64,000 nt of DNA, from contig CM075997.1 of assembly GCA_038087875.1 (NCBI GenBank), forward strand, positions 5,272,001 through 5,336,000. Reading direction: 5' to 3'. The position numbers and the translations under genes are program-made. Below the pieces are notes generated by a model. The model saw only the letters and a list, made by a program, of their open reading frames with translations. It searched no databases and was not told where the DNA came from. Positions 12,448-24,599 of this stretch are shown one piece after another. The stretch is from Malacoraja senta (Eukaryota). Position 1 is the stretch's first letter. Every line of letters starts with the position of its first letter.

Positions 12448-13935
12448 TGTTTAAGAAGGAACTGTTGATGCTGGAAAATTGAAGGTAGACAAAAATGCTG
12501 GAGAAACTCAGCGGGTGAGGCAGCATCTGTGGAGCGAAGGAAATAGGCAACGTTTTGGGCCGAAACCCTTCTTCAGACTGATGTGAGGGGGGGGGGGGCA
12601 GGAAGAAGAAAGGAAGAGGTGGAGCCAGTGGGCTGAGGGAGAGCTGAGAAGGGGAGGAGAAAGTAAGGACTACCTGAAATTGGAGAAGTCAATGTTCATA
12701 CCGCTGGGGTACAAACTGCCCAAGCAAAGAACTAAATCAAATAATAACGAAAGATACTTGGGAAGAAAGTTTACAACACATACATCAATGTTCATTAAAT
12801 GCCAGACATTCTTTAATACAATTCAAAGTAATACATAGGTTACATTATTCTAAAACAAAATTAAATAAAATCTTCCCACATATCTCACCAATATGTGATA
12901 AATGTCAACATTTAGAAGCTAACGTATCTCATATGTTTGCAAATTGCATAAAAATTAAAAATCTCTGGGTAAATATTTTCACAATAATATCTAAAGTGAC
13001 TAGCATTCAATTGGACCCGGATCCAAAATTAATAATACTTGGAACATTAGAACTAAATCAAACATTTACATCAACTCAAAGAAACTTTATTGATTATAGT
13101 ATAATAACTGGGAAAAAATTAATTCTAAAATTTTGGAAAGGCCCTATAACCCCCACAATTAAAATGTGGATTATAGAAATGACGGAGACCTTACACTTGG
13201 AAAGAATTAGACTTGTCCTGTTGGACAAACAGGAACTATTCGTTGGAACATGGTCTCCCTTTATTGACTATTTAAAGGGTCAGAATGGTTCAGCACAGGA
13301 ACCTGACTAACACCCGTGCCAAGGAATAGATGAAAGGTTATACTCTGAAGTACGAATATATCTCGAATGAAGTTTTGTATCGTAGTAAATTATTCCATTC
13401 TTCTTTATTATCTTTTTTTTTTGTTGTTTTTTTTTTTCTTCTCTTTTTTCTCTTTCTTTCTTTATTTCATCTATATCTTTTTAGTTCTGTTTAGTTTTAA
13501 AAAAAAAAGAAAAAAGTATTGGAGACATTGTAATAATAATGGACGATATTAGTAATTTAAAAATGTAAGACTGGTATCGATTTTAATATGATATGTATCT
13601 ACCTCCAATAAAAAATAATTTCAAAAAAAAACAAAAAACTTCCCAAGCGAAATATGAGGTGCTGCTCCTCCAATTTACGGTGGTCCTCACTCTGGCCATG
13701 GAGGAGGCCCAGGACAGAAAGGTTGGATTTGGAATGGGAGGGGGGAGTTGAAGTGCTGAGCCACCAGGAGATCAGGTTGGTTATTGCGAACTGAGCAGAG
13801 GTGTTGGGCGAAGCGATCGCCAAGCTTACGCTTGGTCTCACCGATGTAGAGCAGCTGACACCTAGAGCAGCGGATGCAATAGATGAGGTTGGAGGAGGTG
13901 CAGGTGAACCTCTGCCGCACCTGGAAAGACTGCTT
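12448..13935 (-). mobile_element. Penelope-like element 3' part (GIY-YIG endonuclease plus terminal repeat), split by an L1 insertion
   Basis: Encodes FTCTSSNLIYCIRCSRCQLLYIGETKRKLGDRFAQH and RKLEEQHLIFRLG; hammerhead-type repeat at ~12548-12576. Confidence 0.9.
12729..13638 (+). mobile_element. L1-clade LINE 3' fragment with poly(A) and TSD
   Basis: CDKC..SHMFANC zinc knuckle, T-rich 3' UTR, AATAAA and A-tail; imperfect TSD aaactgcccaagcaaa (12713-12728) / aaacttcccaagcgaa (13636-13651). Confidence 0.85.
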
Positions 13936-13944
13936 GTGTCCTAT

Positions 13945-14472
13945 CTATTTATACTTAAACAGAGACAGTTTCTTCCCAGCTATTATCAGGCAACTGAACC
14001 ATTCTATTAACAAGTAGAGTGGTCCTGACCTCCCATCTACCTCACTGAGGACCCTCGGGCTATCTTTAATCAGACTATCTTTAATTGAACTTTATCTTGT
14101 GCTAAATTAATATTCCCTTTATCCTGTATCTGTTCACAAAGGACAGCTTGATCGTAATCATGTATCGTTTTTCTACTGTGTCGGAGGGAATTGTAGATGC
14201 TGGTTTACACCGAAGATAGACAAAAACTTGCTGGAGTAACTCAGCGGGACAGGCAGCAAGTCTGGATAGAAAGAATGGGTGACATTTAGGGTCGAGACCC
14301 TTCTTCAGACTGAAACGTCACCCATCCCATTCTATCCAGAGATGCTGCCTATCTCACTGAGTTACTGCAGCATTTGTTTGTCTATCTATGTGATTTACTG
14401 ACTGGATACCATGCAACAAAAAGCATTCCACTGTACCTTGGTACACTTTACAATAAACTAAACTAAACTAAC
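13945..14472 (+). mobile_element. Rex1/Babar-type LINE 3' end, interrupted by a Penelope fold-back repeat (~14180-14390)
   Basis: Encodes RDSFFPAIIRQLN; caataaac(TAAAC)n tail. Related tails at ~995-1130, 16898-17175, 28590-28690, 37710-37845 and 40392-40548. Confidence 0.65.
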
Positions 14473-14479
14473 CTAATTA

Positions 14480-14780
14480 ATTTAGTTTAGAGATACAGCG
14501 TGGAAACAGGCCATTCGGCCCACCAAGTCCGCGCCGACCGGCGATCCCCGCACACTAACACTTTCCTCCAAACACTAGGGACAATTTACACATACACCAA
14601 GCCAGTTAACCTACAAACCTGTACGTCTTTGGAGTGTGGGACGAAAGTGAAGATCTCGGAGAAAACCCACGCAGGTCACAGGGAGAACGTACAAACTCTG
14701 TACAGACAGCACCCGTAGTTGGGATCGAACCTGGGTCTTGTGCTGTAAGGCAGCAACTCTACCGCTGCACCACCGTGCCA
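14480..14780 (-). mobile_element. V-SINE (HE1-like), full length
   Basis: Complete head, core and tail. Confidence 0.9.
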
Positions 14781-15359
14781 GCAGGAAAATACCAAGGAGG
14801 GGACCACAAACAAGGATAACGGGGTGTAACATTTATATTGTTATTGTTCCAGTCCCTCTCTCCAACACTTCAGCCAGATGAGTCAGACGTGAGTTCTTAG
14901 ATGTGCAATTCTGCCTCTCTCTGAGCAGCACACTGCCTGGGGCAACGTTCAGTAGTTACATCGTCCAATTGTGTCTTCACATCTAACGTTAAACATACAG
15001 TTTTGTGCAAACATAGTGCATAGAACAGCACAGTGCAGGAACAGGCCCTTCGGCCCACAATATCAATGCTGAACACAATGCCAAGACAAACTGATCTCCT
15101 CTCCCTGCAAGCCATCCATACCCCTTCATGTTCTGCATATGCATGTGCCTATTCAAAAGGCTCTTCAATGCACTATTGCAATTCCAATGCCTCGGAGTTC
15201 TTCCACTGAGGCATGATGGGTAGAAATAAAAAAAGGTGCACGCACTCTCGTGTGATTTTATTATTTACTTGCATTTGATATTTAAGCTGTGGGCATCATA
15301 AACACATATGGACATGAGAAACAGCAGCAAGAATAGGTTAAATCTATCTCAGTAAATAC

Positions 15360-15469
15360 CGATCGCTATGGTGGATATTGGAGTTGGTGCATTGCCTGTT
15401 ATTTCAACTCCAATACCATATTTGATCGACTGCCCAGAACTCGCTTGGACCATGGTTTTGCAGAGTTCC
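15360..15469 (-). CDS. Candidate host-gene exon (unidentified), 110 nt, phase 2-1
   Basis: TTTCAG|...G|GTATTT; ELCKTMVQASSGQSIKYGIGVEITGNAPTPISTIAI. Confidence 0.2.
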
Positions 15470-15599
15470 CTGAAATAGTTGGCGTAATACGGGAAATGGA
15501 TTGGCACTGATAGACACTTGGAATTGGAAAATTAAAGAAACAGGCCTGGACCAGTCAACCCTCTTTGATGTCTGACATTAGAACCACACTGGTGTGATG

Positions 15600-15900
15600 G
15601 TTTAGAGTTTAGAGATACAGCGCGGAAACAGGCCCTTCAGCCCATCGAGTCTGCGCTGACCAGCGATCCCCGCACACTAACACTACCCTACTCACACTAG
15701 GGAGAATTTACATTTATACCAAGCCAATTAGCCTACAAACCTGTATGTCCTTGGAGTGTGGGAGGAAACTGGATCACCTGGAGAAAACCCACGCAGTCAA
15801 GGGGAGACCGTACAGACTCTGTACAGACAGCACCCGTGGTCAGGATCGAACCCGGATCTCTGGTGCTGTAAGGCAGCAACTCTACCGCTACGCCATGGTG
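15600..15900 (-). mobile_element. V-SINE (HE1-like), full length
   Basis: Complete head, core and tail. Confidence 0.9.
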
Positions 15901-16147
15901 CAGGCTGTCTATACTATGGACTAGTAAATACATACATTGTGTTGACGGCATCCTTATGATGTCTTTTGGTTGATATGAAATATGAAATATCGACATCTTT
16001 TTTAACAACATGTGGGGGCTTGGATTGTAAATGATAATTACTGGTGTTTAATGGATTCTATGGTTCAGTGGTCGGTGCTTGTTTTTCTCACGTGTAGCGT
16101 GAAATGCTTGGTCCCCATGGAAGGCATGATATCATACCATACATGCA

Positions 16148-16403
16148 GCACGGTGGCGCAGCGGTAGAGTTGTACGTTCTCCCCGTGACCTCGGTGTCTG
16201 TACGGAGTTGGTACCTTCTCCCCGTGACCTCGGTTTCCTCCCACACTCCAAAGACGTACAGGTTTGCAGGTTGATTGGCTTCGTTAAAATGATAAATTGT
16301 CGCTCGCGTGTAGGATAGTGCTAGTGTACGGGGTGATCGCTGGTGGGCGCGGAGTCGGCGGGCCGAAGTCCCTGTTTCCGTGGTGTACCGCTAAACTAAA
16401 CTA
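16148..16403 (+). mobile_element. V-SINE (HE1-like), internally rearranged
   Basis: Head partly deleted; the gagttgtacgttctccccgtgacctcggt segment is duplicated. Confidence 0.8.
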
Positions 16404-17689
16404 GATGCTCTTCTGGAGCTGCACGCAGAGTCGCCATGTTCCAGCTTCAAGGTCTCGGAAATGTCTGATCCAAAGATCCTATAGCGGAGCAAGATAGACC
16501 ACTCCTGCTAAATGCAATGGGCTGACGTGTAGTACGCAACGGAGCGGAACGTGGGCCTTTTTTTCATCCATTTCAGTAACCCGACCCGACCTGACCCGAC
16601 CCGCAGTGTAATCAACGTTACGGGGGAACAGTTTGTGTTAATAAATTATAATTCTGAAAATGAGGTGAAGATTTTTACCAAAGAACTGTTATTTTTACGA
16701 GGATATTTCCGTAACCGCCTCCCGTCCATTGAGATCATCATGAAGCCTGGTCCAGGGTGGAAAGTTTGGAATGGATAGAATATATAAAAATCTTGTTGCT
16801 ATGTACAGAACAATCAGCCGTGGCCCACATCTGACTGTTGCAAGGATTTGTTGAAAGGAAGGCAGCTGAAAGGGTTTTGCAAACTCAGTATCAGTCTAGT
16901 TTATTGTCACGTGTACCGAGGTACAGTAGAAAGTTTTTGTCGCGTGCTAACCAGTCAGCGGAAAGACAATACATGATTACAATCACGCCGTCCACAGTGT
17001 ATAGATACATGATAAGGGAATAACGTTTAGTGCAAGGTAAAGCCAGCAAAGTCCGATCAAAGATAGTCCAATAGTTGCTCAGGACCGCTGTCTGGTTCAG
17101 TTGCCTGATAACAGCTGGGCAGAAACTGTCTAGTTCAGTTGCCTGATAACAGCTGAGCAGAAACTGTCCCTGAATAGTCTTATAAATCTGCTTAATTTTT
17201 ACTCAGTTATAAATTTTGATATATTTATGCATGAAATGAGGTGTAAGCAGCAATGTCTGCAGCCTTGCTAAGGTGCAGTGGCTGCGGGAAGAATTCATCT
17301 GATTGTTTTTTGAAGAAGTAATCTGGGGAAGGGTCTTGACCAGAGGCGTCGCCCGTTCCTTCTCTCCAGAGATGCTGCCTCACCTGCTGAGTTTCTACAG
17401 CACTCTGTGTCTACCTTCGATTTAAACCAGCACCTGCAGTTCTTTCTTACACATAATCAATATATCTGATGAAGGCAAAGCCATCGACATTAGAGTCACA
17501 GAGTGATACAGCGTGGAAACAGCCCCTTCGGCCCAACTTGCCCACACATGCCCAATCTACATTAGCCCCACCTGCCTGTGTTTGGCCCATATCCATCCAA
17601 ACCTGTCCTATCCATGTTCCTGTCTGACTGTTTCTTGAATTTTGGGGCAGTCTCTGCCTCCTCTGACAGCTCATTCCACCATCCACATT

Positions 17690-18265
17690 GTCTATATTGG
17701 CTTCAGCAAGGCATTGATAAGGCACCACATGGTTGACTGCTCTGGAAGTTTAGATCGCATGGGATCCAGGGAGAGCTAGCTAACTGGCTTCATGGAAGGA
17801 AGCAGAGGGTGATGGTGGGAGGTTGTTTTGTCAGACTGGAGGCCTGTGACTAGTGGTGTGCATCAAGGATCAGTGCTGGACCCATTGGGACGTGGTTTCT
17901 ATCAACAAGAATGCAGAAGGCATGATTAACAAGTTTGCAGATGACACTAAAGTGGGTGGTATTGTTGATAGTGAAGATAGGTATCAAAAATTACACATGT
18001 GTCTGGATCAGCGTGGAAGGTGGGCCGAGGAATGGCAAACAGTGTTTAATGACAATAAGTTTGAGGTGCTGCATTTTAGGAAGTCAAGTTAGGATCGACA
18101 CAATGACTGGCAGGGCCCTGGGGAGGGTCATAGAGCAGAGGAATCTTGGAGTGCAGGTATATGGTTCCCAAAGGTCTCACAGCTAGATAGGGTAGTCAAG
18201 AGGCTTTTGGTGCATTAGCCTTTCATCAGTATTAAGTATAGAAGTTGGGATATTATGTTACAGTT
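17690..18265 (+). mobile_element. Old CR1 RT fragment
   Basis: Encodes INKFADDTKVGGIVDSE...KFEVLHF. Confidence 0.85.
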
Positions 18266-18529
18266 CATACTTTCACAAGTTCATAAGTGATATGAGCAGA
18301 ATAGTAAGATTAAATGAGAACTTACCAGTTTGAAGTTTGATCTTTATTTTATGAGGAGTTACGTTGGTGATTACGTGAAGAAGACCCGTCAGGGCGCATG
18401 CGCGTCAATCTTCAAAGCAGCGGTATGAAATCACAGACAACACCATCATTGAAGTAACATATTAAGATGATCAACATGAGAACTACCATTATGACCTTTT
18501 TTCTATGAGAGGGGATTGGCCGTGGTGGG

Positions 18530-18641
18530 CACGTAATCACCAACATAACTCCTCATAAAATAAAGATCAAACTTCAAACTGGTAAGTTCTCGTTTAATCT
18601 TACTATTTTACTTCGGAGTCACGTGAGTGACTACGTGAAGA
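18530..18641 (+). repeat. DIRS internal complementary region (ICR)
   Basis: 18530-18606 is the reverse complement of 18300-18376; 18605-18641 is the reverse complement of ~22855-22891. Confidence 0.92.
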
Positions 18642-18797
18642 TTTTAAAGCTCTGTGATTTTTATGCCGCAGATCAAAATCCCGGCTTCTCACTGCATCGA
18701 TTGACTCTGAGTATCATCAATAATGCTGTAAACATGACATTGCATATCATGTAGGGGCAACAAACGAAACAGAATGAAACAGTATTGAAAACAGACT

Positions 18798-19750
18798 TTA
18801 AACAATAGCAACAGCACTCAATATTGAGTTGGCAAACAGCCCTCCATCGGCAATCGGCCGATGGTAGTATTGCTGAAACACAAGTTCATTTTTCCAACCT
18901 GCGGCTTTTAATATATGGTCGATGGGAACGTCCATCGCCCTGGCCGCGGATGTTGCTACTGCGCTAGTGTAATGAGATGTAAACACATAAATGTTAATTC
19001 CTGCCTGAACCAACTCTTGCTTTAACCACCTTGAGATAGTCTGAACTGTCACTCTTTTATGTTGGCTTCTTGTAACTGACAAATAATCCTGTTTCTTCTT
19101 GCCTTAAAGCCCTTGTGGCTTCAATGTAATGTAACAAATGTGTCCTTACACATAAACATGGAGCTGTAGGATATGCTGAGAACACAATCTTAAATCCTGT
19201 CACACCTGGCCTGCTTTGTTTGAGCAGGTCAGAAATATAAAACAGAACATTCTCTGTATTCACTTCCATTCTCTCGAACTGAAGTTTTTGCAAAGTCTGC
19301 ACTCTCTGTACTGACACCAATGCCATTAGCATAGCCAATTTCATGGTTAATTTTAACAAAGTTATAGACGTGACAGGGACCCAATGACGAAGTATGTTAA
19401 GAACAACGCTTACCTCGCAGATTACCATATACCTAAGCTTAGGCGGTTTGGAATTAAAGATTCCTTTCATCAACCTAGATATGAGAGGGTGAGAACCTAT
19501 ACTTTGTGTCCGTGTACCTATTACAAGATATGCCGACAAAGCACTTCTAGCTGTATTGATAGCAGTATAGCTAAGACCCTCATCATAATAAAGTGTAGAT
19601 AAACTAACACATTTTCAATAACTACAGTATCATATTGAATATTCTTTTGAACACCATATTGTTCCCATTTGTTACATAAGTCATATACTGCTTTTGAGTA
19701 CTCTTTCTCCAGGCTGCAGTGAGTATATCCACCGTTGACCTAGAAAGTCC
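18798..19750 (-). pseudogene. DIRS tyrosine recombinase (frameshifted)
   Basis: HPLISRLMKGIFNSKP; LMALVSVQRVQTL; SHYTSAVATSAA (decayed HSTR); ILKAAGW..FQQYY. Confidence 0.9.
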
Positions 19751-19879
19751 TTGACCAATGTAAGGCATTCTTAAAAACTTGCAAATTAACAGATCAATAC
19801 GATCACATAACGGATGAACTTAACGCGTTACTGGATGGTCCAGCAAATTCCTACTGTTTGGAATCAACAAAAGGTTGAA

Positions 19880-20130
19880 TCGCTATCTGTAACATCAGAG
19901 GGAACCATGGTTGAATCGGGCAATTTGGTATCACCAAAACCCCTGAAGCGGCATCCTGCTTGATTTTCTGCAATACCGAGCTATGAGGCAGAATGGTGGG
20001 AAAATGTACACAAACATATCATCCCAATTCAGTGAAAAAGCATCAATTGCCACTGCCCCTGGATCTGGTGCCCATGAAACATATTTTGGCCTTCCATACA
20101 GAAGTACTATGTTCTTGAACACATCCTGGT
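19880..20130 (-). pseudogene. DIRS N6-adenine methyltransferase-like domain (decayed)
   Basis: YVSWAPDPGAVAIDAFSLNW..VYIFPPFCLI. Confidence 0.8.
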
Positions 20131-20169
20131 TCAACATCCACTCTGTATTATCACGGAATTTCCATGAGC

Positions 20170-21430
20170 TGCCATCTGGTACTACATTAAGTTTCCCTGG
20201 CAGATAGATAGCTCCAATCCAAATATCCATACTCCAGGTCCAATTTTATTTGCCAACCTGTCATATGATAACGATTTGATTCCACCCATGTGATTCATAT
20301 CAGCAACTGCTGTAGTGTTGTCTATTTTGCACTGCACATGCAAACTAGTTTAGTTAGTGCCATAAGCCTTGAGTCCATAAAATACTCTTGGTTAATTCCC
20401 CATGTATGCAGAAGCAATGTTCATCTGTCTCCACCGCTGGATCTTGTATCAGTAGCACCCTACCCAAGTGCTCTGACATCGGTCTGCAAAATCATGGAAG
20501 CTTGGTCCAATAACACTTTGGAACTACTAGTGGACACATGCTGAATCCCCCATTGTACATCAGCAACAGCCTCTATTGATAGAAGCATATGTCTGTTATA
20601 ATGACCCTAATGTATCCTCAGTGCTTGTTCCTTTGACCTTTGTAATTGTAGATAATAAAGTGGCCATATTGAACTGCTGGAAATGCTGCCAGCAATTACC
20701 ACAGCAGACTTGTCACCTGGCTAATTGAAGGCTGTGTGTCAGCAATTAACTTGATACAGCTCTTAATTAGCTCTACCCTTTTTTGCCTGGGCAATGTCAC
20801 AATCATGTTGATTAAGTCTATTGTGAACCCAACTAGTCAATTTGTGTCACAGGTATAAACTTAGATTTCTCTGGATAGCTTATGTTAAAAAGTGGTTTTT
20901 ACCAACTGCCACTGATGCTTCAGCTGTTTCCTTTGATTGTCCTACAATCAAGATATTATCTAGTTAAGCCATGAGCACATGCCCTTGACTTCTCATCATG
21001 CCTAGAATAGGTTTTAACAACTTTGTAATCCCTCTAGGAGCTGAAGACAAACCATTAGGCAGTGCATTGTATTGGCATAATTGCCCCATCCAGCTGAATT
21101 TTAAATCTTCTATCCTGCAAATGAACAGACACTGTTCAAAACCGTACAAAAGGGTTAAGCCTATTCAGGTCCAGTATAATTCTGCATCCCCCCATCCTTT
21201 TTTGGTCTGGGAAAGATATTGGACACAAACTGATGGCTTTGGTAAACTGCCTTAGCAATTACACCTTTATTACATAAGCTTGCAAGTTCCAGCTGAACTT
21301 CCAATTGTTCAGTGATACTGAAGTCAAACTCCTTTTTTGGAACATGTTGCATGGGTAAATCAGAATTTGCATTAAGCTTTATTCGATACCCTTCAATAAC
21401 CTTCAGTATAAACATATCTGAGGTAAACAT
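20170..21430 (-). pseudogene. DIRS reverse transcriptase / RNase H (disrupted)
   Basis: FVSNIFPRPKKDGG; ALPNGLSSAPR; *LDNILI (decayed YLDD); DNTTAVA; YLPGKLNV. Confidence 0.9.
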
Positions 21431-21639
21431 TTAATTGTATCACATTAGATCTGTCTACATGAGAACCAGACCCTCTTACCTCCTTACCACCTGGCATTCT
21501 TCCCCGGCCTCGAGCTGGATATCTCACCTTCCCTGGCGCTGCTACCGCCGAACGCCAACTGCGCTGCGTCGTAGCTGGACTCGTCCCTTGCCCGGACCAG
21601 TCTCCTCGCTTATAGGGATACTTTCGCTTTGGTGAATAT

Positions 21640-22250
21640 GTGGCTGCCGTCTTAGCCTCCTCCTCCAGCTCCTTCACCTGCTGTGCGAAATCCTCGCCAA
21701 ACAGCTGTGCCGGTTGCACTGTGCCAGGCTGGCAGAGTGAAGCATATTTAGAATTGATGGTTGGTCTAATCGCAGTCTTGCGAAGGCAGTTGATCTCAAA
21801 GTGGGCACTCCACAATAGCGCCTTTTGTTGTAATTTGTCATGGCCTCTCCATCCACCATCCTGGCAAAGCTCGTTATACCAGATGCCAGCAACTTTAAAA
21901 ATATGCTGGAGCTTGACATGCTCCTGGGCTCTCATTAGTATGCCCATCTTGCCCCAATTCTTCTTGTTCCCAACAGGAACTTTTTACAGTCCACAGTTGA
22001 TTGGGGATTCATGCTTCCTTACTGTCTCATCCATTGTCAGCTCCTGTAGCTGATGTGAGACTTGGTAATTTATGCTGGTGGCAAGTTCCTCACCCAGAGA
22101 CTCACCAGCGTCCGACGACATGGCAAACCGTGCTGCACACGGTGTCAGCTCTGACAGCTGCCTGCCCTCCCTTTGGATGTCGTCGGACTCAGGGTCAGAG
22201 CGTATCTGCCCTTCTGCACTCACCTCTTGCAAAGAGGGTGCTTTCAAGCA
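21640..22250 (-). pseudogene. DIRS gag-like ORF (disrupted)
   Basis: AHFEINCLRKTAIRPTINSKYASLC...LFGEDFAQQVKEL, upstream of the RT. Confidence 0.7.
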
Positions 22251-22892
22251 GGCCTCTACTAGGCACTGCCAGCGGAGCCTTCCCCAAGGCTTCCCGCCTG
22301 CACAACTCCTCCTGGAGTGTGGCTTTATGAAGCAGAACCTCTTCTAGGCACTGCCAGCGGAGCCTTCTCTATGGCTTCCTGCCTGCACAACTCCCCTGGA
22401 GCGTCTCTGTGGAGCAGCCCCTGTATGAGCTGCTCCTTTTGGATAACCGCTGGGGAATGGTATCCTGTCCCCGACGGGACTCTCGTGGCCCGACTCTGCG
22501 GAGTCTATAGCCCTTACAGACTTGGCTTATGCCTACCGCCCGACTGGCGTTGGCTGTATATCCGGCTGGGCACTTTGCCGGCTTGCGACTCCCCGAGGTG
22601 ACAGGCTGCCTTTCAGAGACTGCGTCCCGCAGCTCTCTCTCTCCTTGTCGGCAGCAGACCTGCACCTTTTCCTTGTTCCTGCATGTGGGGAAAAAACACA
22701 CAGAAACAATTTCTCTACTTTTTTCAAACTCCTCCAAAGTCTCCCCGACTTTGGTGGAGCTGTAATTACTCACCTGCAGGAGGAGCTCCGTCCTCCTGCT
22801 GCCGTTCGCGCCAATGCGTCAGACGTAATGACGCGCATGCGCCCTGACGGGTCTTCTTCACGTAGTCACTCACGTGACTCCGAAGTAAAATT

Positions 22893-24590
22893 ATAGACAA
22901 TAGACAATAGATGCAGGAGTAGCCCATTCGGCCCTTCAAGCCAGCACCGCCATTCAATGTGATTATGGCTGATCATCCCCAATCAGTACCCCGTTCCTGC
23001 CTTCTCCCCATATCCCTTGATTCCATTATCTTTAAGAACTCTATCTAACTCTGTCTTGAAAGCATCCAGAGAATTGGCCTCCATCACCTTCTGAGGCAGA
23101 GAATTCCACAGATTCACAACTCTCTGAGTGAAAAAGTTTTTCTCCATTCTAAATGGCCTACTCCTTATTCTTAAACTGTGGCCCCTGGTTCTCGACTGCC
23201 CCAACATCGGGAACATGTTTCCTGCCTCTCGCATGTCCAATCCCTTAAGAATCTTATATGTTTCTATAAGAAAACCTCTCATCCTTCAAAATTCCAGTGT
23301 ATACAAGCCCAGTCGCTCCATTCTTTCAACATATGACAGTCCCACCATCCCGGGGATTAAACTCGTGAACCTATGCTGAACTCCCTCAATAGAAAGAATG
23401 TCCTTCTTCAAATTTGGAGACCAAAACTGCTCACAATACTCCAGGTGTGGTCTCACTAGGGCCCTTTACAACTGTAGAAGGACCTCTTTATTCCTATACT
23501 CAACTCCTCTTGTTTTGAAGGCCAACATGCCATTCGCTTTCCTCACTGCCTGTTGTACCTGCATGCTTACTTTCCGTGACTGATGAACGAGGACCCCCCA
23601 GATCCTGTTGTACTTCCCCTTTTCCCAACTTGACACCATTTAGATAGTAATCTGCCTTCCTGTTTTGACACCAAAGTGGATAACCTCACATTTATCCACG
23701 TTAAACTGCATCTGCCATGCATCTGCCCACTCCCCCAACCTGTCCAAGTCACCCTGCATCCTCATAACATCCTCCTCACAGTTCACACTGCCACCCAGCT
23801 TTGTGTATTCTGCAAATTTGCTAATGTTACTCTTAATCCCTTCATCTAAATCATTAATGTATCTAAATAGCTGCGATCCCAGCACCAAGCCTTGCGGTAC
23901 CCCACTAGTCACTGCCTGCAATTTTGAATGGGACCCGTTAATCCCTACTCTTTGTTTCCTGTATGCCAACCAATTTTCCATCCATGTCAGTACCCTACCC
24001 CCAATAGCATGTGCTCTAATTTTGCCCACTAATCTCCTATGTGGGACCTTATCAAAGGCTTTCTGAAAGTCCAGGTACACTACATCCACTGGCTCTCCCT
24101 TGTCCATTTTCCTAGTTCCATCCTCAAAAAATTCCAGAAGATTAGTCAAGCATGATTTCCCCTTCGTAAATCCATGCTGACTCGGACCGATCCTGTTACT
24201 GCTATCCAAATGTGCGGCTATTTCATCTTTTATAATTGACTCCAGCATCTTCCCCACTACCGATGTCAGGCTAACTGGTCTATAATTCCCTGTTTTCTCT
24301 CTCCCGCCTTTCTTAAAAAGTGGGATAACTTTAGCTACCCTCCAATCCACAGAAACTGATCCTGAATCTATAGAACATTGGAAAATGATCACCAATGCGT
24401 CCACGATTTCTAGAGCCACTTCCTTAAGTACCCTGGGATACAGACCATCAGCCCCTGGGGATTTATCAGCCTTCAGTCCCATCAGTCTACCCAACACCAT
24501 TTTCTGCCTAATGTGAATTTCCTTCACTTCCTCTGTCACCAGAGGTCCTCTGGCCACTAATACATCTGGGAGATTGTTTGTGTCTTCCTT
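22893..24590 (-). mobile_element. CR1 LINE, 1.7-kb 3' part including RT
   Basis: NYRPVSLTS, SQHGF, YLDFQKAFDKVPH and SGVPQG motifs; (CTATTGT)n tail. Confidence 0.95.
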
Positions 24591-24599
24591 TCGGCCCAT

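Larger units (their letters stand above)
18300..22891 (-). mobile_element. DIRS1-like tyrosine-recombinase retrotransposon, full length, ORFs decayed
   Basis: gag-RT-RNaseH-MT-YR order; 36-bp ITRs at 18372-18407 and 22829-22864; ICR at 18530-18641 matches both termini; AAT core at both ends. Confidence 0.95.
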
